A DNA stretch of 64,000 bases from Patescibacteria group bacterium (GCA_038065555.1 JBBTQS010000001.1:192741-256740), one strand, 5' to 3'; counted from the stretch's first letter, positions 1 to 12,585 are shown. Notes: a model not told the origin generated them from the letters alone. Numbers and translations are program-made.

Positions 1-68
1 CGAACATTGGCAGTACCGAGGTCCATGCCAATGTCTTTGCTGAATTTGCCAAAGAAAGATTTGATCAT
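1..68 (-). CDS. mreB: Rod shape-determining protein MreB (N-terminal 22 codons only, gene continues beyond window start)
   Basis: Reverse strand reads ATG ATC AAA ... = MIKSFFGKFSKDIGMDLGTANV, the characteristic MreB/actin N-terminus (DIGxDLGTANT). The ATG overlaps the proS TGA stop (ATGA coupling). Confidence 0.5.
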   Translation of the reverse strand, partial: MIKSFFGKFSKDIGMDLGTANV

Positions 69-1303
69 ACGGTCAATCGACTATAGAGTGTACTTTCATC
101 GATTGTCTCAGCTGTTGCACTGGTGCGGGATTTCCACTCGACTGTTCCTGCAGCGAGTTGTTTGCTGCTGACCACGACGCGTGTTGGGATTCCAATGAGG
201 TCGCTTTCGGCAAACTTCTCCCCTGCGCGCATATCACGGTCGTCCAGAAGTACTTCGACGCCATGCTCAGAGAGCGTGAGTGCAATCTCTTGCGCCTTGC
301 GCATCACAGATTCGTCTGTGCTCAACGCAACAACATGCACTGCAAATGGCGCAACCTCAGCTGGCCAGATCATTCCTGCAGCATCGTGGTGTACTTCTAC
401 AATGGTTCCCATGACACGACTTGGTCCAATACCATAGCAACCCATGAGCACTGGCTGTGACTTCCCATCAGCATCTACGAATGTGAAATCAAACGCATTC
501 GAATACTTCGCGCCAAGTGGGAAAATATTGCCTACTTCAATCGCCTTGTTCTCCGTTACAGGTCCCTGACAGGTGTCACACGTGTCGAACGTTGTGAGAA
601 TTTCACGATTCTTGTACCAACCACACTTTGCGCAGTGGTATACGAGATCCTCTCCAAACTCCGTGAATACCTGATACTCGTGGGAGAATTTGCTGAACGT
701 GCCACCGCTTGCTTCGACCATTTTTGCGTCGAGTCCACAGCGTGCATAAATGCGATCGTACGCGCGCGCTGCTTCCATGTAATACGCGTCGAGCTCTTCT
801 TGCGTTGCGTGGAAGCTATACAGATCCTTCATCAAAAATTCGCGCCCACGAAGCAGTCCCGACTTCGCACGTGGTTCATTGCGGAATTTGTTTTGGATCT
901 GGTACACAGCTCGAGGCAGATCCTTGTAGGATTGTACGAAGTCTTGGAGCATTGGCGTAACGATTTCTTCGTGTGTTGCGCCCAGGGCATACTCCTTGTT
1001 ACCGGCGCCCTCCAGACGGAAGAGTACGTCGAGTCCATCCCATCGGCCCGTCTTGACCCATGGCTCCTTCGGTGTGAGCGCTGGCATGAGAATCTCGCTT
1101 GCGCCCAATGCATTCATCTCTTCGCGGATGATCCCCTCAATGCGACGCAAGACACGCAGTCCGTATGGAAGATACGAATACACACCTGCCATTTCCTTGT
1201 GCACAAATCCTGCACGCGTGAGGAGCTCGGCGTTATGACTTACTTCATCCTTTGGCGCTTCCTTGGTGGTCTTGGTGAATATGGTTGACTGTCGAATATA
1301 CAT
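65..1303 (-). CDS. proS: Prolyl-tRNA synthetase, class II, short bacterial form without editing insertion
   Basis: 412 aa; class II aaRS motifs (FRNEPRAKSGLLRGREFLMKDLYSFH; GCYGIGPSRV); ProRS-type anticodon-binding C-terminal domain. Confidence 0.9.
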   Translation of the reverse strand: MYIRQSTIFTKTTKEAPKDEVSHNAELLTRAGFVHKEMAGVYSYLPYGLRVLRRIEGIIREEMNALGASEILMPALTPKEPWVKTGRWDGLDVLFRLEGAGNKEYALGATHEEIVTPMLQDFVQSYKDLPRAVYQIQNKFRNEPRAKSGLLRGREFLMKDLYSFHATQEELDAYYMEAARAYDRIYARCGLDAKMVEASGGTFSKFSHEYQVFTEFGEDLVYHCAKCGWYKNREILTTFDTCDTCQGPVTENKAIEVGNIFPLGAKYSNAFDFTFVDADGKSQPVLMGCYGIGPSRVMGTIVEVHHDAAGMIWPAEVAPFAVHVVALSTDESVMRKAQEIALTLSEHGVEVLLDDRDMRAGEKFAESDLIGIPTRVVVSSKQLAAGTVEWKSRTSATAETIDESTLYSRLTV

Positions 1304-1304
1304 A

Positions 1305-1691
1305 CTAGGAATGATGAGACGATCGTGACGACCAGAGGAATTCTACACAGCTGACAATGACGGCGAGGAGGATAAGTGTCCACCAATAGAGATACTGCGC
1401 ACGTGCCATGAGGAGCACTACGGTAACAAGCACAGAGAACAAGACTGCTTGCCTGAAGCTCTTGCGCACCATTCGAAATGCCACTGTCTCACTGCGAGAG
1501 AAAAAACTCTCAATCGCAAACACGATCAGTGAAAAAAGTCCGAACAGCGAAAGGAACAATGCGACAAAGAAAAGTGACAGCCCCGCCGCGCTTGCCGTGT
1601 ACGGATCAACAGACATCATGACGAAGTACAATGCTCCAAAGCACAAGAGCGTCGCTGCAGTCATGAACAGCAAGTATTGGCGAAGTGTCAT
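1305..1691 (-). CDS. Hypothetical integral membrane protein (4 predicted TM helices)
   Basis: 128 aa, strongly hydrophobic segments; no recognisable family. Confidence 0.4.
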   Translation of the reverse strand: MTLRQYLLFMTAATLLCFGALYFVMMSVDPYTASAAGLSLFFVALFLSLFGLFSLIVFAIESFFSRSETVAFRMVRKSFRQAVLFSVLVTVVLLMARAQYLYWWTLILLAVIVSCVEFLWSSRSSHHS

Positions 1692-2017
1692 AGAAGATAA
1701 CGAATACGTTCGACCCGTGCCCGGGCCGGCATTTTGTCATTAAAGTACGCGAGGATTGCTGCCTCTTGTGTCTTGAGTGTCTGCGCAAACGCTGCAGAGT
1801 CACAGCTGACCGTGAGCGTTCCGTTCTTGATATATTGTGGTCGTACATGGCGTGCATCTGCAGCAAAAACCGCGTCGAGTGCTTGCTGCGCAATCTCGAT
1901 CGCCATTGCTCCTTCTACTTGCTTGCCTACACCAGCACGCGCAACGCGTGCCATGAGGTCTTTACCAATCCCATCCATACAGATGCTGAAATTCACGAAA
2001 GCTTGCGAAATGGACAA
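1688..2017 (-). CDS. DUF721 / DciA-like protein
   Basis: 109 aa; core GTLTVSCDSAAFAQTLKTQEAAILAYFN matches the DUF721 consensus (G.L.V...S.AwA.EL......IL..lN); overlaps the 3' end of the upstream helicase-nuclease gene. Confidence 0.5.
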   Translation of the reverse strand: MSISQAFVNFSICMDGIGKDLMARVARAGVGKQVEGAMAIEIAQQALDAVFAADARHVRPQYIKNGTLTVSCDSAAFAQTLKTQEAAILAYFNDKMPARARVERIRYLL

Positions 2018-4902
2018 ATACTGCGGAAGTCACACGTGTTACACACATGCGGGTTAGGCTTTGCTGGGAACGTGCTTGAACGCATTTCCGTAACCACCGC
2101 ACCGATCTCTTCCTCAAAGGTGAGCAAAATGTCCGAATTCACCGGAACTTCTTGCATGCTCAGGTCGTTCAAATACCAGTACTGCAATGATTTCACTGGT
2201 CGAGCATCTGCAAACTTCGGATCCCGCTCGATTGCTGCATAATACAACAGCAGCTGATTCTTGTCGTCTTTTTCAAGACGTGGCTTGGGCTTGCCTGTCT
2301 TGTAGTCAATAATGATGCTACCTCCCCCCTCAGCCGAATCTATTCTATCAATGCGTCCTGTAAAAGTACAGCCGCCGATCGAAACACTAAACGACTGTTC
2401 CAGCGATCGCGGCACTGTTGCAAACGGCGCATACCGACCATAGAACTCACGCAAAATATCCTGTCCTTTCTTGAAGTACTCTTGCTTTTGTTCTGAGGAC
2501 TCGTACCACTCATCAACCCACGATGCAGAGAATATCGCTAGCAGCGCATCAAGTGATGGCACAGCTTCTGCGTCTTGTGCTGTTGGTACACCGAAGAGAT
2601 CTTGCTGCACACGTTCACGTGATTGTCGCAATGTCTCGTACCATTTTTGCAGTGTCGAGTGCATGGTTGTGCCGAAGCTCATCGCATGCGATCCAATCGT
2701 CGGAATTTTGATCACATATTTGTACTTGTACTGCAATGGACAACGCAAATAGGTCTGGAGATGTGAGAACGATAATCGCGTGATCGAGCTGGGTGTTGCT
2801 GCAGTCGTCGTTACTGTGGATGCGGGAGCGGTAGTCACGAGCGTATCAGTCCCATTGATCCAATGCTCTACTTCCATTTCAGCGAGAAATCGTGACGGTT
2901 TGCGCTCGGTCTTACCATCCCCATAATACTTGGCACGCGTGATATGAATTGCATCACGAGCTCGGGTAATGGCTACGTAACACAATCGACGCTCTTCACG
3001 CACATGCGCGTCATCATCCTCAGGCATGCGCGAGAGCAATGCCGCAGGGAGCGGGAGCGCTTCGCTGCGATCTGCACCCGGAAATCGAAGATGCACAAAA
3101 CTAGGTAAGAAAACGTGACTGAATTCCAACCCTTTTGCTGCGTGAATTGTCATAAGATGGACTGCGTCTACACGCGTGCTCACTTCTTGCTCTCCCGAAT
3201 CATCTCCCGAGAGCAATGCATCGGCGTAGAATTGAAGGAATGCATCTACCGTCGGCGTTGGATGTGATTGCGCAAACTGCTTCACAAACTCCAGGAATGT
3301 CTGCAGTGCCACAAACGGCTCATCTAACTCCCCTGCGTTGTTCTGGTCCTGCCAGTACTGCATCAAACCAGACAACTCGAAGTAGTGAACAAGCACTTCA
3401 TGAATCGGACGATCACGCAGCAACTGATGCGCTGTTGCAAGCGCGGCAAGAAAGGACGCGATACGCGCTTGCTCATCAGCAGGAATCGCGACCAGTTGCG
3501 CCTTCTTGAGTGTCTCATAGAGCGTCGCTCCATCCTTGTGACTGGCAGCCAGCAATTGCGTACACGCATCGTGTGAGAGTGAGAGTGGAGGCAATGACAA
3601 GAGACCATACAGCGACACCGAATCTTGCGCGTTATGCAGTGCACGCAAAATCTGGATGCATTGCTGTGCCACACGATGCTGTAGTGTGCCACTGCGCCCA
3701 TGCACGACCAGTGGAATGCCGCGACGAAGACACTGCTCACGAATGGCAGCGCCGTGTCCATGTGCACGCACGAGAATTGCCATATCACTCCACGGAGTTC
3801 CCTGCTCATGACAGCGGATAATTTCTGTAGCAATCGTCGCTGCCTCATCGTGTTCTTGTTCCAAAATGGTGTACTGGATAGATCCTACACCTTCGCGAGC
3901 CGCGTGCAGCTTCTTCGAAATGCCCAATCGTGACTCCAGCGTATGTGGCGCATTGCGAGTAATGAGTGCATAGCTCATGTCCAAAATATTTTGCCGTGTG
4001 CGAAAATTCTCATTGAGCACGATGGATGTCGCACTCGGAAAATCATTTTTGAAATCCAAAATATTATCCATGACTGCACCACGAAATCCGTACACACTCT
4101 GGTTGTCATCCCCCACGACTGTCAGTACAGGTCCATCTTCACGACACAACTGCCGCACAATCTCATACTGCGCGCGGTTGGTATCCTGGAATTCATCCAC
4201 AAGCACATGCTTGAATCGCTTGCGTAGCTGTGCAGTGATGTTGGGTCGTTCGACAAGCAGGGCGTGCACGTAGAACAACAGCGATCCGAAATCGAGCTTG
4301 GATGCCTTCATGAGCTCCTGCTCGTACTGCACATAGATACGTGCCAACTCCGCGTCCGCAGATGCAGCCAACGCCACATCAGTATCACTCGAGAGCTGTA
4401 CCTGCGTAGCGTACTCGAGATATCGCTCAGGAGTAATGAGCTCATCTTTGCATCGCGAAATGTGAGACAAAATTGCACGAATGAATCGCGTCGCATTCCC
4501 CTTCTGGGCAAAATACGAGAGATCAAACATTGAGAGACGATTGCGCACGAACATCCATGCACCTGCATCATTGAGCACTTGGAAACCAATCGGCAACCCA
4601 ATATGATGACCGAACTCACGCAAAAGACGCTCACAGATACTGTGAAACGTTCCAATCTGCAGTGTCAGCGCTGCATCTGGGTTGACCGCTTCAATGCGGG
4701 CCAGAATTTCACTCGCTGCCTTTTCAGTAAATGTCACAGCCATGATTTCTCTTGGCGCAACACCTGAGGCCAACAAAAACAAAATACGACGCGTCAGCAC
4801 CGTTGTCTTGCCGGTTCCTGCGCCTGCCACGATCATGAGCGGCCCACCAGTGTGTGTAACTGCTGCTTTTTGCGCTTCTGTGAGTCCTTCAAGTAATTCC
4901 AT
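1993..4902 (-). CDS. Single-chain ATP-dependent helicase-nuclease: UvrD/PcrA-like SF1 helicase fused to a C-terminal PD-(D/E)XK (Cas4/RecB-like) nuclease with Cys cluster
   Basis: 969 aa; N-terminal Walker A AGAGTGKTTVLTRRI and helicase motifs (DEFQDTN, VVGDDNQSVYGFRGA); C-terminal RCPLQYKYKY ... IIIDYKTGKP ... CNTCDFRSICPF (four Cys typical of Fe-S Cas4/AddB nucleases). Confidence 0.85.
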   Translation of the reverse strand: MELLEGLTEAQKAAVTHTGGPLMIVAGAGTGKTTVLTRRILFLLASGVAPREIMAVTFTEKAASEILARIEAVNPDAALTLQIGTFHSICERLLREFGHHIGLPIGFQVLNDAGAWMFVRNRLSMFDLSYFAQKGNATRFIRAILSHISRCKDELITPERYLEYATQVQLSSDTDVALAASADAELARIYVQYEQELMKASKLDFGSLLFYVHALLVERPNITAQLRKRFKHVLVDEFQDTNRAQYEIVRQLCREDGPVLTVVGDDNQSVYGFRGAVMDNILDFKNDFPSATSIVLNENFRTRQNILDMSYALITRNAPHTLESRLGISKKLHAAREGVGSIQYTILEQEHDEAATIATEIIRCHEQGTPWSDMAILVRAHGHGAAIREQCLRRGIPLVVHGRSGTLQHRVAQQCIQILRALHNAQDSVSLYGLLSLPPLSLSHDACTQLLAASHKDGATLYETLKKAQLVAIPADEQARIASFLAALATAHQLLRDRPIHEVLVHYFELSGLMQYWQDQNNAGELDEPFVALQTFLEFVKQFAQSHPTPTVDAFLQFYADALLSGDDSGEQEVSTRVDAVHLMTIHAAKGLEFSHVFLPSFVHLRFPGADRSEALPLPAALLSRMPEDDDAHVREERRLCYVAITRARDAIHITRAKYYGDGKTERKPSRFLAEMEVEHWINGTDTLVTTAPASTVTTTAATPSSITRLSFSHLQTYLRCPLQYKYKYVIKIPTIGSHAMSFGTTMHSTLQKWYETLRQSRERVQQDLFGVPTAQDAEAVPSLDALLAIFSASWVDEWYESSEQKQEYFKKGQDILREFYGRYAPFATVPRSLEQSFSVSIGGCTFTGRIDRIDSAEGGGSIIIDYKTGKPKPRLEKDDKNQLLLYYAAIERDPKFADARPVKSLQYWYLNDLSMQEVPVNSDILLTFEEEIGAVVTEMRSSTFPAKPNPHVCNTCDFRSICPFRKLS

Positions 4903-4986
4903 ACTTCCCCATCATAAACGAAAACACGCCGGGAAGCCAGCGTGTTTCGGTTTAGTTATTGGGGGCGAAATTGCCCCTGGAATCGC

Positions 4987-7074
4987 TCAGTGACAGGCGT
5001 CCCGCACGGTGATCTCACCGACGAAGTGGAACGTCTGTTGGAAGACAGGCGAAGTCGAGACCTTGGCGCCGTTGCGCTTGAGATTGATCACGACTGTGCC
5101 ACTCGTGCCTACAGCAAGTGGTGATTGCGTCCCACCGGACTGCTGCCGCGAGTATTTCTCGCTCGGCCCATCGAAGACATTGCTATCGATGACAGCGCTT
5201 CCTTTCTTCACCTCCATGGTTGGGAAGGCGTCGCCGACGATGTCGTAGTGATGCTGCAGCGCGAACTCCAGCACCTTTGGCACTCCGCTCGTATCGCCCA
5301 GAGCATCCAAGTCGATCGTGATGCTCGCAGAGTCGCTACTCAGGAGAATACCGATTTCCTTGTTGCACGTACTGCCAACTGCGCACCACGGGCCGACGTG
5401 AAATCCAGAGCCTGCTGTGAACCAAGGTTGGAAGTTCCCAGCATCTCCTGCTTTGCCAGCGCTTTCGCTGACAATGAACGCGGGGTAGCCTGAGTGTACG
5501 CATCCCACCGATGGCTCGCACGAGTCGAGTGTGCAGACATCGCTGTCCGAACAATCTGTCGGCGTCGGTGTGACGCATTCGCCAGCAGCGCAGCCTTCGT
5601 TCTGGGTGCACGGATCGATATCCGAGCAGTCCAGCGCTTTGCCCACGCAGCTTCCATTGAAGCATGTGTCAGAATGCGTGCACGGCTCACCGTCGTCGCA
5701 CTCTGCAATATCTCCCGAGATGCATATACCTTCGGTGACGCTACAGTGGTCTCCCACAGTGCAGACATCCCCATCGTCACACACGACGTCGAGATTCTTG
5801 CTGAAGCACATGTTCTGATCCGGTCCTGGCGTGAGCTCGCACCAATTCTGTGTGCAGGCGTTGCTGTCGTCACATTCTTCGTTTTGACGACAGCACGCGG
5901 GGACTTCTGGGAACGAGCAGAGCCCGCTCTGTGCAACGCACAGGTCATACGAGCACGGATTCCCGTCCTCGCAGTGAACCAGCGTCCCCAACACACAGAC
6001 GTTCGCGACGCATGTGACCGGCTTGGTGCACAGCGTAGCGTCCTCGAGATGCGCGCAGTCTGACGTTACCGTACACTGACACACCTGCGCGTCCACTGCT
6101 CCACTCAGACATACTCCCGCATCGCAGACATCAGCAACCGTGCAGAAGTCGCCATCTTCGCACGCCACTTCATCAGCGAGAACCACCGACTTGATGATGC
6201 ATTCCCCTGTTGTTGGGTCACACATCTCGGGAGCGCACGGATCACTCGTATCGCAGATAATGCCGAGGCATTTGTCCACGACAGGGACGTCGTTGTCGAT
6301 CGTGGTATCAGGCGGATCAACGATGTCGCCATCGATGCCGTCTGTTGTACCCACGTCTTGTTGTCCAACGTCGTCGATGCCATCTGTGGCATCAGCGAGA
6401 TCCGTCGAATCGGTAGTGCCTACGTCCTCGAGTACATCCTCCGGCGGATTCACGATCACATCGCTGGCGTCAGTGCCATCCACACCGTCTACGTCAGTCA
6501 GGACCGCATCACTGCTGTCCGTTCCATCGGTGTCGGGCGCGTCTACACTGTCGTCACCAACGCTGCCATCGGTGTCGGGGATGTCCGCTGGGTCTTCGAC
6601 ATCAGGCACGTCCTCGAATGAGTCCGCGTCATCAGTCTCAACATCATCGGAATCCACTTCGACACTGCCGTCAGTGTCTGCGTCGGGCGTCTCCACCTCT
6701 GGGGTGTCTTCGCCGTCAGCTGCCACATCGGCGTCGTCTGTCGAGTCTGCATCAGCGTCGGCTAGGACTTCTGTGTCCTTGCCGTCGACCGACACTTCCT
6801 CGCCCGCGACATCAGCGCTGTCAGCATCCTCGCTGTCTGCGACTTCTTCGCCCACGCCGTCGGATGCATCAATGTCTTCGTCGAGCGCGATCGCGTCAGC
6901 GTCGGCGCTCGAATCTGACGCGTGGATGTCCGTGCTGTCGCTGACACTGTCAGCTCCAGCATCGTCCGCAACGAGACCGTCGCCAGTCCCGAATGTGAGC
7001 TGCGCCGGATCCGACGCGGTGAAAGGATTGCATGCGGCCGTAGCCGCGAAAAGTAGTGCTACTGCGATCCGCAT
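4987..7074 (-). CDS. Secreted/lipoprotein with long acidic D/S/T/V-rich low-complexity region followed by about 9 cysteine-rich repeats (C-x-D-G-x-x-C-T-x-D-x-C-x4-6-C)
   Basis: ORF-track ORF trimmed to the internal ATG (MRIAVALLFAATAAC: signal peptide with lipobox-like TAAC) preceded by GGGAGGT SD. Residues about 40-270 are almost pure D/A/S/T/V/E. Then CEDGDFCTVADVCDAGVC, CEDGNPCSYDLC, CDDGDVCTVGDHC, CDDGEPCTHSDTC etc. C-terminal about 200 aa beta-rich domain. Confidence 0.7.
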   Translation of the reverse strand: MRIAVALLFAATAACNPFTASDPAQLTFGTGDGLVADDAGADSVSDSTDIHASDSSADADAIALDEDIDASDGVGEEVADSEDADSADVAGEEVSVDGKDTEVLADADADSTDDADVAADGEDTPEVETPDADTDGSVEVDSDDVETDDADSFEDVPDVEDPADIPDTDGSVGDDSVDAPDTDGTDSSDAVLTDVDGVDGTDASDVIVNPPEDVLEDVGTTDSTDLADATDGIDDVGQQDVGTTDGIDGDIVDPPDTTIDNDVPVVDKCLGIICDTSDPCAPEMCDPTTGECIIKSVVLADEVACEDGDFCTVADVCDAGVCLSGAVDAQVCQCTVTSDCAHLEDATLCTKPVTCVANVCVLGTLVHCEDGNPCSYDLCVAQSGLCSFPEVPACCRQNEECDDSNACTQNWCELTPGPDQNMCFSKNLDVVCDDGDVCTVGDHCSVTEGICISGDIAECDDGEPCTHSDTCFNGSCVGKALDCSDIDPCTQNEGCAAGECVTPTPTDCSDSDVCTLDSCEPSVGCVHSGYPAFIVSESAGKAGDAGNFQPWFTAGSGFHVGPWCAVGSTCNKEIGILLSSDSASITIDLDALGDTSGVPKVLEFALQHHYDIVGDAFPTMEVKKGSAVIDSNVFDGPSEKYSRQQSGGTQSPLAVGTSGTVVINLKRNGAKVSTSPVFQQTFHFVGEITVRDACH

Positions 7075-7124
7075 GAGTGACCTCCCAGTCGTGTGCGGTG
7101 AATGGTCTTGGAGCGCCAATCCTA

Positions 7125-7175
7125 AAAAAGAAAAGGCTGCCCTCCAAGTGAGGCAGCATACGCCTTTTCTTCGTT
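7125..7175 (-). terminator. Rho-independent terminator downstream of atpC (end of ATP synthase operon)
   Basis: Minus strand GCTGCC-N10-GGCAGC hairpin followed by CTTTTCTTTTTT; coordinates approximate. Confidence 0.5.
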
Positions 7176-7195
7176 TTTGTCAACTGGTAGCTAGA

Positions 7196-7618
7196 CTACG
7201 CGCGGCGACGGCGGGCAACGCGAATACGGACCAAGGATCGCTCGAGTGCTGCCTGAAGTGCAGCGAACTCAATATCATTAGCAAACTGACGCTTTGTGAT
7301 GAGTTCATGGGCACGCGCGCGAGCTGCTTCGGCACGCACAACGTCAATCTCGTCAGCACGCTCTGCAGCGTCTGCGAGAAGAATTACTTCATTGCCTCCA
7401 CGAACCTGGACGTACCCTGCAGCAGTTGCAACATGGTGCTCGCTTGCTCCTTCGCGAATGCGCACCTCACCTGCCTTCACAATACCTACAACAGGCATGT
7501 GGTGTGGCAAAATCGTGATCTCACCCATCTCCGTCATGAGCGATACAGAATCAACCGGTGCACGAAACACGACACGCTCTGGAGTGATGACTACAAATTG
7601 GAGTGTCGTGGTTGCCAT
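7196..7618 (-). CDS. atpC: F1 ATP synthase epsilon subunit
   Basis: 140 aa; MATTTLQFVVITPERVVF...ITILPHHMP typical epsilon N-terminal beta-sandwich plus C-terminal helical hairpin. Confidence 0.85.
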   Translation of the reverse strand: MATTTLQFVVITPERVVFRAPVDSVSLMTEMGEITILPHHMPVVGIVKAGEVRIREGASEHHVATAAGYVQVRGGNEVILLADAAERADEIDVVRAEAARARAHELITKRQFANDIEFAALQAALERSLVRIRVARRRRA

Positions 7619-7621
7619 ACG

Positions 7622-9846
<2,225 letters not shown>

Positions 9847-9863
<17 letters not shown>

Positions 9864-11337
9864 AGCGCGTAATAATCTCCTTAAGTGCTGGTTCGGTTAC
9901 TGCCCAGTCCTCCTTGGTCATCGCAGTAAGCCAATCCTCATGTTCAGTCTCGATGAATGTGTGCAGTCCTTCTTCCCATGCAGCGACCTTCTCGACTGGT
10001 ACAGCATCAAGGAAACCGTTGGTTGCGGCATAGATAATGGCAACCTGTTGTGCCATGGACATCGGAGCATACTGTCCCTGTTTAAGCACTTCCACAAGGC
10101 GCTTACCTCGTTCGATCTGACGACGTGTGTTCTCATCAAGGTCAGACGCAAACTGTGCAAATGCTTCCATTTCGCGGAACTGCGCCATTTCCAGACGAAG
10201 TCGTCCTGCGATTTTCTTCATTGGCTTGGTCTGTGCTGCAGAACCTACACGTGACACGGAGATTCCCACGTTGAGCGCAGGACGAATACCACGGTAGAAG
10301 AGATCGGACTCGAGATAAATCTGACCATCAGTGATCGAAATCACGTTGGTTGGAATGTATGCCGAAACGTCGCCGCCTTGTGTCTCGATAATAGGAAGTG
10401 CTGTCATCGAGCCGCCGCCATTCTCCTTGTTGAGACGCGCTGCACGTTCGAGAAGTCGTGAGTGGAGATAGAACACGTCACCAGGATATGCTTCACGGCC
10501 TGGTGGTCGGCGAAGCAAGAGAGAAATTTCGCGGTATGCCCAAGCTTGCTTGGTGAGATCATCGTACACTACGAGTACGTCTTTTCCTTGCTCCATGAAG
10601 AATTCTCCCATTGCGCAACCAGAGTATGGAGCAATGAACGAGAGTGCTGCAGGATCAGACGCGCCAGCAACTACCACAATCGTGTTCTTCATCGCACCAG
10701 CAGCTTCGAGCTTTGCGACAATGCGCGCAATCTTGGATTCCTTCTGACCAATTGCTACGTAGATACAGATAACGCCGGTATCACGCTGGTTGATGATCGT
10801 GTCAATTGCAATTGCGGTCTTACCAACCTGACGATCGCCGATGATGAGCTGACGCTGTCCGCGACCTACTGGAATCATGGAGTCAATCGCCTTGATACCT
10901 GTTTGGAGTGGAACTCCTACTGGTTCACGGGTCATCACGCCTGGAGCAATTTTTTCAACAGGGTTGAGCTTCTTAGTCTTGATAGCGCCTTTGCCATCTA
11001 CTGCTTCGCCCAATGGGTTCACCACACGGCCCAGGAGTTCCTCACCAACTGGTACGGAGAGAATACGACCAGTGCGGCGCGCCGTCATTCCTTCTTTGAT
11101 CGCAGTGTACTGGCCCAGAATTACTGCACCAACTGTCTCCTCCTCGAGGTTGAGCGCAACGCCCATGACCTTGCCTGGGAACTCGATCATTTCCATGGAC
11201 GCACACTTGGTGAGTCCGGACATGCGAGCAATACCATCACCTACTTCTACTACCGTGCCTGTTTCTTCAACATGAGCGGTAGGCGCAAAGTCTGCGATTT
11301 GCTTTTTGAGTGAGTCAACGAGTGTGTGATTCGACAT
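9847..11337 (-). CDS. atpA: F1 ATP synthase alpha subunit
   Basis: P-loop [18 protein letters not shown]. Start moved to internal ATG ([10 protein letters not shown]) because the ORF-track N-terminus overlaps atpH; coordinates of start approximate. Confidence 0.9.
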
Positions 11338-11347
11338 ACAACTGAAA

Positions 11348-11734
11348 TTATGAAATTCGTGAAAGCATCCCCGCAACACTGGCGTCTACACGCGTATAGC
11401 CCTGTGTAATCACCGCACCACCGACAAGAGTCGGATCCACATGCAACCCCACAGCTTCGGTCTTGAAATATCCTTGCAAAACCAGGATGAGTTCTGCGCG
11501 TGCACGTGGAGACAATTCATGCGCAATCGCAACGGTTACCTGCTCGCGCTTCTCCCGTTCTGCAATAATACGTTCGAACTGCTTTACGATCGCACCAGCC
11601 AAATGCAGTTTGCCCTTGGTCTTGAGGTGTGTTGCAAAACGCGCAATAACACCTTCGGCCTGATTGCGGGACAAGTCCTTCGTCAGATCGAAGAGTGCGC
11701 GAGCGTATTTGGATGGAAGCGTTGCTCGGCTCAT
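11348..11734 (-). CDS. atpH: ATP synthase delta (OSCP) subunit, short form
   Basis: 128 aa; position between atpF and atpA; OSCP-like N-terminus [17 protein letters not shown]. Confidence 0.7.
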   Translation of the reverse strand: MSRATLPSKYARALFDLTKDLSRNQAEGVIARFATHLKTKGKLHLAGAIVKQFERIIAEREKREQVTVAIAHELSPRARAELILVLQGYFKTEAVGLHVDPTLVGGAVITQGYTRVDASVAGMLSRIS

Positions 11735-11736
11735 AC

Positions 11737-12303
11737 CTATTTTGTCTTCACTTCCTTCATCCCTTGCTGAAGCAGCTGCAAGTCTTCTTTGCTTGTCATC
11801 TTCTCCCCAAGGAATTTCTCAGCAATGCGTGCAGCGAGTTGCACGACTTCTTTCTCAACTTCCTCACGCATGAGCGCACGCTCCCCCACGATTTGCTGAC
11901 GAGCTTGCATCACAATTCCAGCAACTTCTTCTTGTGCGCGAGCCGTTGCTGTTGCAATCATGGCAGCAGACTTTTCTTTTGCTTCAGTAAGGACCGCAGT
12001 CGCGTCACGGCGTGCGGCAAGAATAGCTGCGTCGCGCTCTACTTCCATTGCCTTCTTCGCCTCCTCAATGAGTGTTGCGTCCTTGAGTGACTGCTCAATG
12101 CGGTTGGTACGCTCGTCCATGACACGCAAAAGTGGCTTGTACACCCACTTAGCCAGAACAATCAATACAATGATGAAGTTGATGAGCTGCGCAAGAAAAA
12201 GTTTGCCATTGAGGCCAAAGGTTCCCAAAGGGCCAACAGCTTCGTGAGCTGCGGCAGCGGTATTGGTTACTTCAGCGGCAAATACTGGATCGATCATACA
12301 CAA
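11737..12303 (-). CDS. atpF: Fo ATP synthase subunit b
   Basis: 188 aa; single N-terminal TM helix (LFLAQLINFIIVLIVLAKWVYKPL) then long charged coiled coil. Confidence 0.8.
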   Translation of the reverse strand: MCMIDPVFAAEVTNTAAAAHEAVGPLGTFGLNGKLFLAQLINFIIVLIVLAKWVYKPLLRVMDERTNRIEQSLKDATLIEEAKKAMEVERDAAILAARRDATAVLTEAKEKSAAMIATATARAQEEVAGIVMQARQQIVGERALMREEVEKEVVQLAARIAEKFLGEKMTSKEDLQLLQQGMKEVKTK

Positions 12304-12366
12304 GAGATTAAGTGAAGCGCCCAGCGTCGATTCGCATCGTTCCCGAGCACCTCAAGAATCCCTCGA

Positions 12367-12585
12367 TTACAAGGTGAAAGCGATAACAAGCGCGTAAATC
12401 GCGATAGCTTCTGCAAACGCAGCACCGAGAAGCATCGGGACAAACAACTTGCCTGCAGCTTCTGGATTGCGTCCGATAGACTCCATAGCGCGTGAAACGA
12501 TCCAACCGATAGCAATTGCTGGTGCAATACCACCTGCGGCGATCGTCATACCCTTGGCCATGAGACGAATGCTCTCTGCATCCAT
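12367..12585 (-). CDS. atpE: Fo ATP synthase subunit c (proteolipid)
   Basis: 72 aa two-helix hairpin with conserved carboxylate context ([15 protein letters not shown]). Confidence 0.85.
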   Translation of the reverse strand: MDAESIRLMAKGMTIAAGGIAPAIAIGWIVSRAMESIGRNPEAAGKLFVPMLLGAAFAEAIAIYALVIAFTL

